Origin: an uncultured Flavobacteriales bacterium
GTDB taxonomy: Bacteria > Pseudomonadota > Alphaproteobacteria > UBA8366 > CAVOAK01
DNA length: 64,000 bases
NCBI GenBank assembly: GCA_964419045.1
Contig: CAYQNO010000019.1
Span: 413,918-477,917 of the forward strand
Direction: 5' to 3'
Shown here: piece by piece, positions 28,729 through 39,196 of the stretch
Layout of the letters: the number at the start of each line of letters is the position of its first letter
How positions within the stretch are numbered: position 1 is the stretch's first letter
Program-made: the position numbers and the translations under genes
Notes under the pieces: model-generated
Told to the model about the DNA's origin: nothing
Databases searched by the model: none
What the model saw: the letters and a program-made list of their open reading frames with translations, nothing else

Positions 28729-29202
28729 ATGGGATCTAAAAATTTAGAATCCGGCACCGGATTTATGTCTTCAGCACTGGGATTAGCGGAAGTGGCATCG
28801 TCACGTGGAGAAGTGCCTGTCGGTGCGATTGTGGTCGATAGTAGGAATGGCGTGGTATTAGCGCGAGAGCATAACCGAGTTGAAGAACTGTGCGATGCGA
28901 CTGCCCATGCGGAATTGCTAGCCTTGCGGGAGGCTATGCATGCGATTAAAGCATCGCGTCTTGAACATTGTGACGTTTATGTAACATTAGAACCTTGCGC
29001 TATGTGCGCAGGAGCTTTGTCTCTGGCTCGTGTTCGCCGTCTTTACTTTGGTGCAGCTGATCCCAAAGGTGGTGGAGTTGAACACGGTGCACGTGTTTTC
29101 AGCCAGGTGACTTGCAACCATGTGCCGGAGGTCTATGGCGGTATAGACGCTCGTAGAGCGGAAGAATTACTTCTCAATTTTTTTGTTGGTTTACGAAAAT
29201 GA
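28729..29202 (+). CDS. tadA: tRNA adenosine(34) deaminase
   Basis: 157 aa. HAELLALREA and PCAMCAGAL zinc-binding deaminase motifs. Confidence 0.93.
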   Translation: MGSKNLESGTGFMSSALGLAEVASSRGEVPVGAIVVDSRNGVVLAREHNRVEELCDATAHAELLALREAMHAIKASRLEHCDVYVTLEPCAMCAGALSLARVRRLYFGAADPKGGGVEHGARVFSQVTCNHVPEVYGGIDARRAEELLLNFFVGLRK

Positions 29203-29443
29203 CAAAGATACAGAGACCTTTCAACTCCGTCGGATGATGTGGTCCCATAAACACGGGGTACCGCTCCCGCGGTCAAACCTCCTTACTTCTAGTTCTCTAA
29301 CTGTTTGATAAGTTTGTTCCAGATATGAGGGTTTAGACCACTTTCGTCCCCGTCACTCATGAAATTTTGAACTGTGTCCCAATGGGAATCCCTAAACACT
29401 TGTTTAATAATTAAGTGCTTAAAACGTGTATAATGAAATAATT

Positions 29444-30736
29444 TCAATGATCTTCCGATTTTATAGCTCGCCAACCGATATCGCCACGATAGAATCCCGC
29501 AGGCCAGTCGATTGCATGCACTGCGGCGTACGCGCGAGTCTGCGCGATGGACACGGAAGACCCCATGGCTGTCACGTTTAATACACGACCACCATTGGCA
29601 ACTAACTTACCGGTTTCGTCTCGATCGGTTCCGGCATGGAAAATAACGACATTACCGTCATTGCCAGCTTCAACCGCCTTATCTAGGCCACTGATTTCCG
29701 AACCCGTATCATACGAATCGGGATATCCTTGGGCGGCCATTACTACGGTTAGCGCCGTATCTTCGTGCCAGCGTAGATGAAATGTGTCGAGGACACCGTC
29801 ATGTGCGGCAACGAGTGCCGTCAGTAGGTCCGACATAAGACGCATACAGAGAACCTGACATTCAGGGTCACCAAACCTTACATTGTATTCGAGGAGTTTT
29901 GGGCCGCTAGCAGTTAGCATCAAACCCGCATAAAGAATACCTTTGTAAGGTGTGCCTGCGCCTGCCATAGCTGTTAGGGTTGGGTTGATTATCAACGACA
30001 TAATTTCAGAGATAAGGGAATCTGTCATCATGGGAGCGGGTGAATATGCTCCCATACCACCAGTGTTGGGACCCTTGTCATGATCAAAAGCCGTTTTGTG
30101 GTCCTGAGCCGAAGCAAGTGGCAATGCGGTTTTACCATCGCATAAGGCAAAGAAACTCACTTCCTCTCCTTCCAAGTATTCTTCGATCATGACCTCGTTG
30201 CCGGCTTTACCAAAGCGACCTTCGACAATTGCGGCGTCGATAGCTGTAATTGCATCTTCAATTGTATGAGCGACGGTAACTCCCTTTCCGGCAGCAAGTC
30301 CATCGACTTTGACGACGATGGGGACTCCTTGTTTCTCAACAAAGGTGCGAGCGGCCGTGGCATCAGTAAATCGTTCATAGGCCGCAGTAGGAATGTCGTT
30401 GGTTGTGCATAGGTCCTTCATAAAGCTTTTTGAACCTTCTAGTCTTGAGGCGGCAGCCGATGGGCCAAAGGCTTTTATCCCAGCAGATTCGAGTCGGTCA
30501 ACTAGTCCAGCAACGAGTGCAACTTCTGGGCCAACAACCACAAAATCTATCTTTTCTTTCAAGGCGAGGCTTACCAGGTTTTCAACATCACTCACATCGC
30601 CTGGTATACAAAGTGCCTGTTCAGAAATACCAGCATTCCCGGGCACACAAATAACTCTGTTTGCTAACGGTGACGCAGCAATGGACCAGCATAATGCATG
30701 CTCACGTCCGCCAGAACCTACAACAAGAATATTCAC
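29444..30736 (-). CDS. purD: Phosphoribosylamine--glycine ligase
   Basis: 430 aa. MNILVVGSGGREHAL, ATP-grasp core, GGRVLNVTA. Confidence 0.96.
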   Translation of the reverse strand: MNILVVGSGGREHALCWSIAASPLANRVICVPGNAGISEQALCIPGDVSDVENLVSLALKEKIDFVVVGPEVALVAGLVDRLESAGIKAFGPSAAASRLEGSKSFMKDLCTTNDIPTAAYERFTDATAARTFVEKQGVPIVVKVDGLAAGKGVTVAHTIEDAITAIDAAIVEGRFGKAGNEVMIEEYLEGEEVSFFALCDGKTALPLASAQDHKTAFDHDKGPNTGGMGAYSPAPMMTDSLISEIMSLIINPTLTAMAGAGTPYKGILYAGLMLTASGPKLLEYNVRFGDPECQVLCMRLMSDLLTALVAAHDGVLDTFHLRWHEDTALTVVMAAQGYPDSYDTGSEISGLDKAVEAGNDGNVVIFHAGTDRDETGKLVANGGRVLNVTAMGSSVSIAQTRAYAAVHAIDWPAGFYRGDIGWRAIKSEDH

Positions 30737-30855
30737 TCAAAACTCCTTTAAGTATTTTTTATGAACGACTGAATATTTTCCAAATGCGATCGGGATATTT
30801 TGCATTATAGGCTAGGGTTACATATCATAGTACCAAGCTAAAACCGAGAGATCAC

Positions 30856-32418
30856 ATGAGTGGACAAGAAGCTGATCTAAGTCATAATTTACCGGAATAC
30901 ACAGTTTCGGAAATTAGTCAGGCGCTCAAGCGCACGGTTGAACAGGCCTACACACGCGTTCGGATTAAAGGTGAAATTTCTGGTTTCAAGAGGGCAGCAT
31001 CGGGTCACCGATACATGTCGTTGAAGGATGAGATTGCCGTATTGGATGCTGTGAGCTGGCGTGGAACTGCATTAGGTATGGAGCCCGAAGACGGGTTAGA
31101 AGTCATTGTTTCTGGCAGGCTCACAACATATCCGGGGCGTTCTAAATATCAGATTATAATAGAGGCTATGGAAATTGCAGGTGAAGGTGCGCTGCTCAAA
31201 CTCCTTGAGGAACGACGGCGAAAATTTACCGAGGCTGGCCTGTTTGATGAGGCGCGAAAAAAAGATCTACCATACCTTCCCGAAGTAATTGGTGTCGTTA
31301 CCTCACCAACTGGAGCCGTGATACGTGATATCTTGCATCGCCTGCGCGATCGCTTTCCACGTCACGTACTTCTGTGGCCAGTCGTTGTGCAAGGTGAAGG
31401 CGCTGCTAAACAAATCGCAGCTGCTATTGGGGGGTTTAACAATTTAAAGGGTGATGTAATTCGGCGACCGGATATTCTGATTATAGCGCGTGGTGGCGGA
31501 AGCCTGGAAGATTTATGGGCGTTCAATGAAGAAATCGTGATACGCGCCGCTGCTGCTTCGAAGATCCCAATTATATCCGCCGTGGGTCATGAGACTGACG
31601 TAACATTGATCGATTTTGTGGCCGATAGGCGGGCACCCACACCCACTGCTGCAGCGGAAATTGCAGTGCCGGTAAGAAGTGATTTGGCCGCAGGTATAAT
31701 GGACGATGGGCGTCGCCTCCTCGTTACGGTATCGCGGATGTTCGAAGAACGGCGCATTCGTCTTGAAGGACTCACACGCGGGTTACCGGACCTAGTAGGG
31801 TTAATAGGTGTCAATGTACAGCAAATCGACGTTGCAGCGGAGAGACTTATCAACGCACTTAAAGGTCATTTGCAATCACTTTCACACGACATTGTTAGGC
31901 TTGGGTTGGGCCTTGTAGATCCTGGTCAGCAGCTCTCTAATGCAAGCGAACGCACATCTGAATCAGGTCATGCCCTTGAATTTGCGTATAAACAACGTTT
32001 GCGTCTATTGGATGACCGATTAGATGGTGTAAGGAAACGGCATAATCTTGAACCGCTAGCACGTATGATATTACACCGGAGAGCGAGTCTTGTTGATTTT
32101 GCCCCGCGACTAGTAGATGCAATTGGTAGAACAGTTGTTGAAGCAGTGGCCGTAACTAAGCAACAGTCGTCCCTGTTGGAAAGTCTCTCATTCGTACGTG
32201 TACTGGAGCGTGGATATGTAGTTGTTCGAGATGCAGTGGGCCAACCTATAAATCGCGGTAGTGATACGAAAAAGAATGAAAATATTACTTTACAATTTGT
32301 GGACGCACGGATTGCAGCAACAATTAGTAAATCCACGCAGTTGGATCGAAAAAACAATAGTAACCATGAAGGTAGATCAACATCAAAAAAAGCCGACCCA
32401 CAACAACGGCTATTTTAA
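30856..32418 (+). CDS. xseA: Exodeoxyribonuclease VII large subunit
   Basis: 520 aa. OB-fold N-terminus VRIKGEISGFKRAASGHRYMSLKD, ARGGGSLEDLWAFNEE, SAVGHETD. Confidence 0.94.
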   Translation: MSGQEADLSHNLPEYTVSEISQALKRTVEQAYTRVRIKGEISGFKRAASGHRYMSLKDEIAVLDAVSWRGTALGMEPEDGLEVIVSGRLTTYPGRSKYQIIIEAMEIAGEGALLKLLEERRRKFTEAGLFDEARKKDLPYLPEVIGVVTSPTGAVIRDILHRLRDRFPRHVLLWPVVVQGEGAAKQIAAAIGGFNNLKGDVIRRPDILIIARGGGSLEDLWAFNEEIVIRAAAASKIPIISAVGHETDVTLIDFVADRRAPTPTAAAEIAVPVRSDLAAGIMDDGRRLLVTVSRMFEERRIRLEGLTRGLPDLVGLIGVNVQQIDVAAERLINALKGHLQSLSHDIVRLGLGLVDPGQQLSNASERTSESGHALEFAYKQRLRLLDDRLDGVRKRHNLEPLARMILHRRASLVDFAPRLVDAIGRTVVEAVAVTKQQSSLLESLSFVRVLERGYVVVRDAVGQPINRGSDTKKNENITLQFVDARIAATISKSTQLDRKNNSNHEGRSTSKKADPQQRLF

Positions 32419-32426
32419 GGAGCCTC

Positions 32427-33230
32427 TTGTTTGTAATCGTATTTTCTCTCTTGTTTGCGAAAGTCACGGCCGCATCAGTGATTGAACTTACAGGACGGTT
32501 CGTCCAAGGCGGACTTGTCCTAGGCCAAACAGAAGCGGGTGCTAATGTAACTTTTGAAGGTCGGAGGTTGCGCGTTTCACCCAGTGGTATTTTCCTTATC
32601 GGATTTTCACGTGATGCGCCAGAGACGGCAACACTATTCATTCGTTACTCGGATGGTAGTAGTGTGAGAAAGACCCTTGTAATTGCTGGGCGAACCTATG
32701 AAGTTCAGAGGATCGACGGTCTGGCAACTGCAATGGTTACACCGCCCTCCGAATTTCTAGATCGTATCAAAGAGGAAAATGCACATATTCGTTTGGTCCG
32801 AAACCAGGATACGCCTGTGACTTTGTTTAAGAGTGGTTGGATTTGGCCGGCCCGAGGCAGAATTACGGGGGTTTATGGTAGTCAACGTATACTCAATGGT
32901 GAGCCTCGCCAGCCCCATTACGGCGTCGATATCAGTGCACCAGAAGGCTCAACCGTCGTAGCACCAGCGGCTGGTATTGTAGCGCTTGCAGAAGAGAATA
33001 TGTATTTCAGTGGTGGAACATTGATCCTCGATCATGGGCATGGCCTCACATCCGCGTTCTTGCACTTGAGTAAGCTTTATGTGCTGGCAGGAGAGAATGT
33101 TATTCGCGGCGAGCCGATCGGTGAAATTGGTGCAACTGGACGGGCAACAGGAGCTCATCTCGATTGGCGCATAAATTTGTTTGATACTCGTCTCGATCCT
33201 TCTCTTTTATTTAGCGAACCCACACAGTAA
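32427..33230 (+). CDS. M23-family (LytM-type) peptidase
   Basis: 267 aa. Signal peptide, HYGVDISAPEGSTVVAPAAG, DHGHGLTSAFLHLS, ATGAHLDW. Confidence 0.9.
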   Translation: MFVIVFSLLFAKVTAASVIELTGRFVQGGLVLGQTEAGANVTFEGRRLRVSPSGIFLIGFSRDAPETATLFIRYSDGSSVRKTLVIAGRTYEVQRIDGLATAMVTPPSEFLDRIKEENAHIRLVRNQDTPVTLFKSGWIWPARGRITGVYGSQRILNGEPRQPHYGVDISAPEGSTVVAPAAGIVALAEENMYFSGGTLILDHGHGLTSAFLHLSKLYVLAGENVIRGEPIGEIGATGRATGAHLDWRINLFDTRLDPSLLFSEPTQ

Positions 33231-33245
33231 AAGATCCAGGTTGCC

Positions 33246-34139
33246 TTAATTGGGCCAACGACGGTGTACCCAGAACCACTGTTCTGGCCGTTCACGGATC
33301 CAAGTTTCTAAGAGTTGATTAATCTCGGTCATCAATGCCAGCACGTTTGCCTCTTTATCATCAGAATCGGGTAATATTAAAGGTTCGCAGAAGGTCACGC
33401 GAAAGCGTACCCCAGGTAAACGTTCGAAGCGTGCTGGAACAAGGGGACATTTTAGTCTAAGCGCGAGTTGTGCAGGCATCGGCGTTGTCATGACTGGCCT
33501 GCCAAAAAATGGGACAGCAATGCCAGTATTGAGTTTTTGGTCAACCATTACACCGAGATGACCTCCACTACGTAACACTGCTAGCGCCCGATGGGCACCT
33601 TCACGTCCCTTGAAGAGAACTTCACTAACTAAACCTTTTCTAACTTTATGCAGCAGACGGTTGAGCCATGGGTTGGCAGCGCCTCGATAAATCGACGCCA
33701 GTGGCAAACCATGTTTCATCGCCACAAGAGGTGCACATTCCCAGTTACCGAGATGGCCGCCAACTATGATGCCCGGTTGTCCATCGTCACGGAGCATTTC
33801 AAGGATTTCGCGACCCACAACTTCTACGCGACTATTATTTTCGGTAATATCAATCCCATTGAGATGCGCGTACTCGCCAGCTCCACGGCCCAAATTATCC
33901 CACATACCACGAACAATAAGATCAATTTCTTCTGTTGATTTGTTGGGGAACGCTCGAGTCAGGTTGTCACGCGCTATACGATCGACCTTCATACGGCTCC
34001 CAATGAGCCGAAACAGAAATGCGCCAAACGCTGATGCCCATTCGATTGGCATCGTGTGGCACAGACCGTATGCAGCGTAAACAGCAATCGCTTGCAGTGG
34101 GTATATTAATCCACGTTTGAGAATTTGTGTCTCCTTCAA
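33246..34139 (-). CDS. Lipid A biosynthesis (lauroyl/late) acyltransferase, LpxL/HtrB family
   Basis: 297 aa. GGHLGNWE acyltransferase motif. Sits in the lipid A gene block. Confidence 0.85.
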   Translation of the reverse strand: MKETQILKRGLIYPLQAIAVYAAYGLCHTMPIEWASAFGAFLFRLIGSRMKVDRIARDNLTRAFPNKSTEEIDLIVRGMWDNLGRGAGEYAHLNGIDITENNSRVEVVGREILEMLRDDGQPGIIVGGHLGNWECAPLVAMKHGLPLASIYRGAANPWLNRLLHKVRKGLVSEVLFKGREGAHRALAVLRSGGHLGVMVDQKLNTGIAVPFFGRPVMTTPMPAQLALRLKCPLVPARFERLPGVRFRVTFCEPLILPDSDDKEANVLALMTEINQLLETWIRERPEQWFWVHRRWPN

Positions 34140-35125
34140 TGTGTGAGTGCCCTGTCAAGCATGAGATTTAGTTCCGCCTCATTCTGCCACGCGACTTCGA
34201 CCGGTAGTACCTCCACCATCAGACGAGCACGCGGCGGTAACCGTGCAGCATCTTTTGAGGTTGTCACGGGTGTGGCATTTAGTTTGTTTGCTTCTTCAAC
34301 GATTTTCATGATTTTGTCAGGTGAATAAAGGTGGTGATCTGCGAATTCAAATGTCATGACAACTTCACAGTTTAATTCTTTCAGTGTTTGAAAAAATTTG
34401 GCAGGTCTCGCTATGCCTGCAAATGCAACAACACGGCGCCCATTGAAGTTTGAAGCTACCTCAGTAGGAACGACTAACGTAGCATTGAGTATGGCCTTAT
34501 TCGTTGGCAACTTTTCCTCCACTCGAAATCGATCTTTGCCAACAATAACGATTTTGTCCACACGCTTTAAGGCGTCAGCTATTGGCTCACGGAGAGGACC
34601 AGCTGGGATGATTTTCTCGTTGCCGAAGCCGTATCCACCATCGATTGCCAAAATTGAAATGTTCTTAGCTAGCGTTAGATTTTGGAGGCCGTCGTCCATG
34701 ATTAATACATCGGCGCCCTCGTCAATAGCTGCCTTTGCTGACGCGGCGCGATTACGGGAAACCCACGTGGGAGCAACATCGGCAAGTAAAAGTGGCTCGT
34801 CTCCAACTTCCTTCGCGCCATGATAATCATTATTGACTCGAACTGGGCCTTTTAAAGAGCCACCATACCCCCGAGTCAAAAAATGTACGTTGTGTCCTCG
34901 TTCACGCAGGCGCGCGCCAATGGATAGTGCGAGCAACGTTTTACCTGCCCCTCCAACTACAACATTACCGATGCATATAACTGGTATAGGTGACCTCCAT
35001 GGCGTATGTCGGCGACGTAGGAGGCGTCCCGCCATCGCATAAATGAATCCAGCTGGAGTAAGAAGCGTCGACGTGCCGCCGGAATGTTGCCAGAATTCTG
35101 GAGTACGCATATTAGCGATGTTCAC
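34136..35125 (-). CDS. lpxK: Tetraacyldisaccharide 4'-kinase
   Basis: 329 aa. P-loop GNVVVGGAGKT, FLTRGYGG, DDGLQN. Confidence 0.94.
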   Translation of the reverse strand: MNIANMRTPEFWQHSGGTSTLLTPAGFIYAMAGRLLRRRHTPWRSPIPVICIGNVVVGGAGKTLLALSIGARLRERGHNVHFLTRGYGGSLKGPVRVNNDYHGAKEVGDEPLLLADVAPTWVSRNRAASAKAAIDEGADVLIMDDGLQNLTLAKNISILAIDGGYGFGNEKIIPAGPLREPIADALKRVDKIVIVGKDRFRVEEKLPTNKAILNATLVVPTEVASNFNGRRVVAFAGIARPAKFFQTLKELNCEVVMTFEFADHHLYSPDKIMKIVEEANKLNATPVTTSKDAARLPPRARLMVEVLPVEVAWQNEAELNLMLDRALTH

Positions 35126-36392
35126 AAATTGAAATTATATGGGAAGAGAGGCCATCAAATATCGAGTCGACAACCTTACAGTTTTCCAGTGCGATTTTCA
35201 TTGCAGCTTTAGCCTTATACTTCCGTTCGGCATCGTCCGTAAGAAGAAATTGGACTGCATTTGTGAGCGCTACCACGTCGGGTGTAAGAAGCACACCACT
35301 GACGGCTGCCAACTGTTCCGCGACGTCAGAGAAATTAGTCATATCGGGACCGTGAATTATTGCGCAGTCGAGTTGAGCAGCCTCTAAGGGGTTATGTCCG
35401 CCATGGCCTCCCATGCTGCCCCCTATAAAGACGACATCTACAAGTCGATAATAGAGACCGAGTTCACCGAGAGTGTCTGCAATGTAGATGTCGTCTCTGG
35501 GTCCGATAGTATCTCCAACACCGCGATGGCTGACTGTTAGCCCGTAAGTTGAAAGCTCATTCATGAGGTCAGGACCTCTGCGGGGATGTCGGGGAACAAT
35601 AATTGTGAGCAAATTAGGTAGTTTTTTGCACAAGTTGACATGCACAACTGCGGCCATCGATTCCTCCCCGGGATGAGTGCTGGCAGCGAGCCATACAGGG
35701 CGTTTGTTCAACGCCTTTCTCATATTTATTAGCTCGTCCTCGTTTACTGGAAGGGCCTGGGCTGAAAACTTTAGGTTTCCACAATATCTTACATCACGGG
35801 CACCCAAAATTCTTAGACGCTCGGCTTCGGCTTCGGTTTGAGCGAAGCAAATATCAAATCCACGCAATAGTGCACGGATAATTCCTGGGGCTAAGCGCCA
35901 GTTTGCAAACGAGCGGGCAGATATTCGACCATTAACTAGTATTGCTGGAATACTGCGTTCTAGTGTCTCCGTAATAAGGTTGGGCCAAAACTCTGACTCG
36001 ACCCAAATGGCAAGATCAGGCTGCCAGTGATTAAGAAATCGACGTACCCAAGGAAGTCGATCAATTGGAATGAATTGGTGGAAACTACGAGCTGGCAACC
36101 TACCATCCAAAATTTCGGCAGACGTCACTGTTCCCGTTGTAACCAACACCGACAATTGTTCATCCCATGCCAGTATTCGGTCTACCAGAGAGAGTGCAGA
36201 TTGCGCTTCACCAACACTGGCTGCGTGTAACCATATGAGTGGTCCTTCTGGACGCGATCGTGAAGTCCTTCCCTGGCGTTCAGCAAAGCGTTCTGGATGT
36301 TCCTTGCCTTGTACAAGGCGTTTTCGCAAATAAAAATAGATGATTGGGGCCGCAAACTCGGTAAAGCCGCGATAAAGGCTAAGCCCTAACAT
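35112..36392 (-). CDS. waaA: 3-deoxy-D-manno-octulosonic acid (Kdo) transferase
   Basis: 426 aa. LIWLHAASVGEAQSA, GGSMGGHGGHNPLEAA. Confidence 0.93.
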   Translation of the reverse strand: MLGLSLYRGFTEFAAPIIYFYLRKRLVQGKEHPERFAERQGRTSRSRPEGPLIWLHAASVGEAQSALSLVDRILAWDEQLSVLVTTGTVTSAEILDGRLPARSFHQFIPIDRLPWVRRFLNHWQPDLAIWVESEFWPNLITETLERSIPAILVNGRISARSFANWRLAPGIIRALLRGFDICFAQTEAEAERLRILGARDVRYCGNLKFSAQALPVNEDELINMRKALNKRPVWLAASTHPGEESMAAVVHVNLCKKLPNLLTIIVPRHPRRGPDLMNELSTYGLTVSHRGVGDTIGPRDDIYIADTLGELGLYYRLVDVVFIGGSMGGHGGHNPLEAAQLDCAIIHGPDMTNFSDVAEQLAAVSGVLLTPDVVALTNAVQFLLTDDAERKYKAKAAMKIALENCKVVDSIFDGLSSHIISICEHR

Positions 36393-36396
36393 TATG

Positions 36397-37203
36397 TTAC
36401 CGTCGAAAACCAGTTGTCATACTGATAGTTGTCTCTGTCTTAGTTGTCTCTGTCTCGGTTTTGTTGCTTGTTTTTGTAGTGATATTAGCCTTGCCATCAG
36501 TGAAGTCTAAGGGCGCTTGTTCTATCGCAGTTTGTCCCATTAATTGATCTGCTCGATTTGCAAGAGAAACGAGGGATTTTTCAAGTTCAAGCTTTTTTTC
36601 TTCCATACCGTTTTCATCTAACTTGGCTGGAACTTGAATTGGGTTGCCCCACAGAAAAATTCCTCGCGTGAAGGGCAACGGCAGCATGAAGCGGTCCCAG
36701 GTTGCAAACACTTTCCGCCTGGACGCAGAGCAGGCCAGTGGTAAAATAGGTGCTCTGGCTAAACGTGCAATTGTAATGACGCCATCACTCACGCGCATTC
36801 GTGGTCCTTGTGGTCCGTCCGGGGTGATTCCTACTATCCCACCATTGCGCAGAGTTTTTGCAATTGAGCGCATAGCATTCCAACCACCACGTGTGGTCGA
36901 TCCAATTATGCTGGGAACACCAAAATGGGCCATGGTTCGTGCCACGAACCGGCCGTCAGGATGTCCAGAAATTAACATATTGACACTAGATTTATAACGC
37001 CATGCGTAACTCATCATCAATAACCGACCATGCCAAAATGCCAGAATAAACGGACTACCCGCTTCATGAAGTCGGTTAGCTGTTGCTTCACCTTCTATCC
37101 GCCAATCTCCAGTCGCATAGACAAAACGGATGTAGAGCGATGCCAGATAACATAAGATCGCTTGTACCAGAGCATTACGTAGAATGTATTTAGTCGAGCC
37201 CAA
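36397..37203 (-). CDS. DUF374 lysophospholipid-acyltransferase-like protein with Thr/Glu/Lys-rich C-terminal tail
   Basis: 268 aa. FWHGRLLMM, SGHPDGRFVA, ITPDGPQGPR are typical DUF374 motifs. Conserved position between msbA and waaA. Confidence 0.8.
   Translation of the reverse strand: MGSTKYILRNALVQAILCYLASLYIRFVYATGDWRIEGEATANRLHEAGSPFILAFWHGRLLMMSYAWRYKSSVNMLISGHPDGRFVARTMAHFGVPSIIGSTTRGGWNAMRSIAKTLRNGGIVGITPDGPQGPRMRVSDGVITIARLARAPILPLACSASRRKVFATWDRFMLPLPFTRGIFLWGNPIQVPAKLDENGMEEKKLELEKSLVSLANRADQLMGQTAIEQAPLDFTDGKANITTKTSNKTETETTKTETTISMTTGFRR
36426..36455. repeat. Perfect tandem duplication, 2 x 15 bp (tagttgtctctgtct)
   Basis: Read directly: 36426-36440 is identical to 36441-36455. 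It encodes the repeated T-E-T-T-K/I pentapeptide in the DUF374 protein tail. Confidence 0.9.
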
Positions 37204-37207
37204 TTCT

Positions 37208-39040
37208 CTACGCCCGTTTTACCATAATTTTAGTATCAGATTGTCTCTCTTGCTCCCAATCATGAAACTGCAGTCGACAAAGTCGGGCATAGGCGCCGTT
37301 TCTCAACATTAATTCGTTATGTGTTCCGCTCTCGACGACACGGCCAGAGTCGAGAAAGTAGATTAGATCCGCATCCACAACGGTCGATAGTCGATGGGCA
37401 ATGACCAATGTTGTGCGGTCCCGCATTAGCTCTCTAAGTGCTGCCTGTACTGCCCTTTCCGATTCGCTATCTAGTGCTGAGGTTGCTTCGTCTAGTAGGA
37501 GAACGGGTGCGTTCTTTAGTATTGCGCGAGCGATAGATAATCGTTGGCGTTGTCCTCCAGACAGTTTAGTTCCACGTTCTCCAACCACCGTATCGTAACC
37601 TTCAGGCAGAGCCAATATGAAGTCATGTGCAGCGGCATCTTTGGCCGCACGAATAATTTCATCGTTCCCGACTCCGAGCCGACCATAGCCGATATTTGTT
37701 CGCACGGTGTCGTTAAAGAGTCCTGTTTCCTGAGTCACTAACCCAATTGCTGATCTCAACGACTTCAACGTGACATCCCGTACGTTTTGTCCATCTATCT
37801 CGACTGCTCCACTGTCGACATCATAAAATCTTGGAATAAGGTTTAATACGGTTGACTTGCCCGCTCCCGATGGCCCAACAAGGGCAACGGTTTTTCCGGC
37901 AGGTACCTCTATTGAGACATCTGAAAGCGCACATGTCATGGGAGAGTAATAAAAGGTCGCTGCACGAAGGGTAATAGCGCCTTTGTTCACAGTTAAGGGC
38001 TTAGCATCGCTCCGGTCTACTATTGTTGGCTGGTAATCGATCATAGCTAGTATACGCTGGGCGGCAGCTAATCCCTCCTGCAGGCTCGCGTTGAGGTTGG
38101 CGAGGCTCCGCATTGGTTGATATGCCATGATCATGGCGGTAAAAAATGCCATAAATCGGCCAACTGTTGTCTCGCCGTTCAACACCTGATATCCGCCGTA
38201 GCCAATGATCGCCGCAACAGCTAAGCCACCCAAAATTTCCATAATTGGGTAATTGCGAGACCGAGCTTTCACCGACTTTAGAAAGAGCCGATAAATATTT
38301 TCAAACAGGCCCTTTGCGCGCTGATTTTCGTAGGTCTCCATACCATAGGCTTTGACCTGGCGGGCACCTTTAAATACATCGTCTAACGTGGCCGTCAACA
38401 GCCCTATTTCAGACTGGGTATTGGCAGAAACACGTCTTAACCTACGGCCAATTTTTACGATCGGCACGACGCTGACTGGAAACGCAAAAAATGCTAATGT
38501 TGCGAGACGCCAATCCGTGTAGAACATAACACCTACCAACACTGTGACTATAAGCACATCGCGCGCCATTCCCGTGATAGATTTTACGATTGCATCACGC
38601 AGGAAGTTCACATCACTTGTGAATCTTGATAACAGTTTTCCTGTTGCATCACTCTGTATGAACGCCAGATCTGAATCAACGAGCTTCTCGAACATCTGGC
38701 CTTGCATAGTTGCAATAACTCTCAATCCAACCATTTGCATGAGTACGCTTTGTCCATAGCTTGCGAAACCCTTGACAATTGCAACGCCGAGGAACACAAG
38801 CGGTAAAACCCAAACAAGTTTGTGATTGCCTTCTACCAGAACCTTGTCGAGCGCCGGCTCAACGAGTCGCGCCTGCATACCCACGCTGGCAGCTATCACA
38901 ACCATACAAATAACACCGGCTACAATTTTACCAAAATGCATACGCATATAGTCACGCCAGATTCGCGCAACCAGAACATGCGTCGATTGATCGAGCCGGA
39001 TTTCCTTCTCAGAGTCGTCCGCCAAGCCGTCTAACCTCAT
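37208..39040 (-). CDS. msbA: Lipid A export ABC transporter, fused permease/ATPase (MsbA-like)
   Basis: 610 aa. Six-TM N-terminal domain, Walker A GPSGAGKST, LSGGQRQR, LLLDEATSALD. Heads the lipid A operon. Confidence 0.88.
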   Translation of the reverse strand: MRLDGLADDSEKEIRLDQSTHVLVARIWRDYMRMHFGKIVAGVICMVVIAASVGMQARLVEPALDKVLVEGNHKLVWVLPLVFLGVAIVKGFASYGQSVLMQMVGLRVIATMQGQMFEKLVDSDLAFIQSDATGKLLSRFTSDVNFLRDAIVKSITGMARDVLIVTVLVGVMFYTDWRLATLAFFAFPVSVVPIVKIGRRLRRVSANTQSEIGLLTATLDDVFKGARQVKAYGMETYENQRAKGLFENIYRLFLKSVKARSRNYPIMEILGGLAVAAIIGYGGYQVLNGETTVGRFMAFFTAMIMAYQPMRSLANLNASLQEGLAAAQRILAMIDYQPTIVDRSDAKPLTVNKGAITLRAATFYYSPMTCALSDVSIEVPAGKTVALVGPSGAGKSTVLNLIPRFYDVDSGAVEIDGQNVRDVTLKSLRSAIGLVTQETGLFNDTVRTNIGYGRLGVGNDEIIRAAKDAAAHDFILALPEGYDTVVGERGTKLSGGQRQRLSIARAILKNAPVLLLDEATSALDSESERAVQAALRELMRDRTTLVIAHRLSTVVDADLIYFLDSGRVVESGTHNELMLRNGAYARLCRLQFHDWEQERQSDTKIMVKRA

Positions 39041-39196
39041 GAGAGTTCAAGCGAAATATAACACCATGTGACGGTGTCGGCCAATTACGGTGACACAACT
39101 AATTTGGTGTGTATCCAACCTTTAGAAAGTACTCAAAAAATTAATGCTCTACTTTGTCCCCATAAAGGGCGTGTCACAAATGACTACATACAACAG

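Noticed and set aside
29289-29474. 61-aa minus-strand ORF in the AT-rich gap between tadA and purD, overlapping the last 10 codons of purD.
   Set aside because: Its start lies inside purD in another frame. There is no RBS, no recognisable domain and the region is AT-rich. It is most likely a chance ORF, though I cannot exclude a small protein without conservation data.
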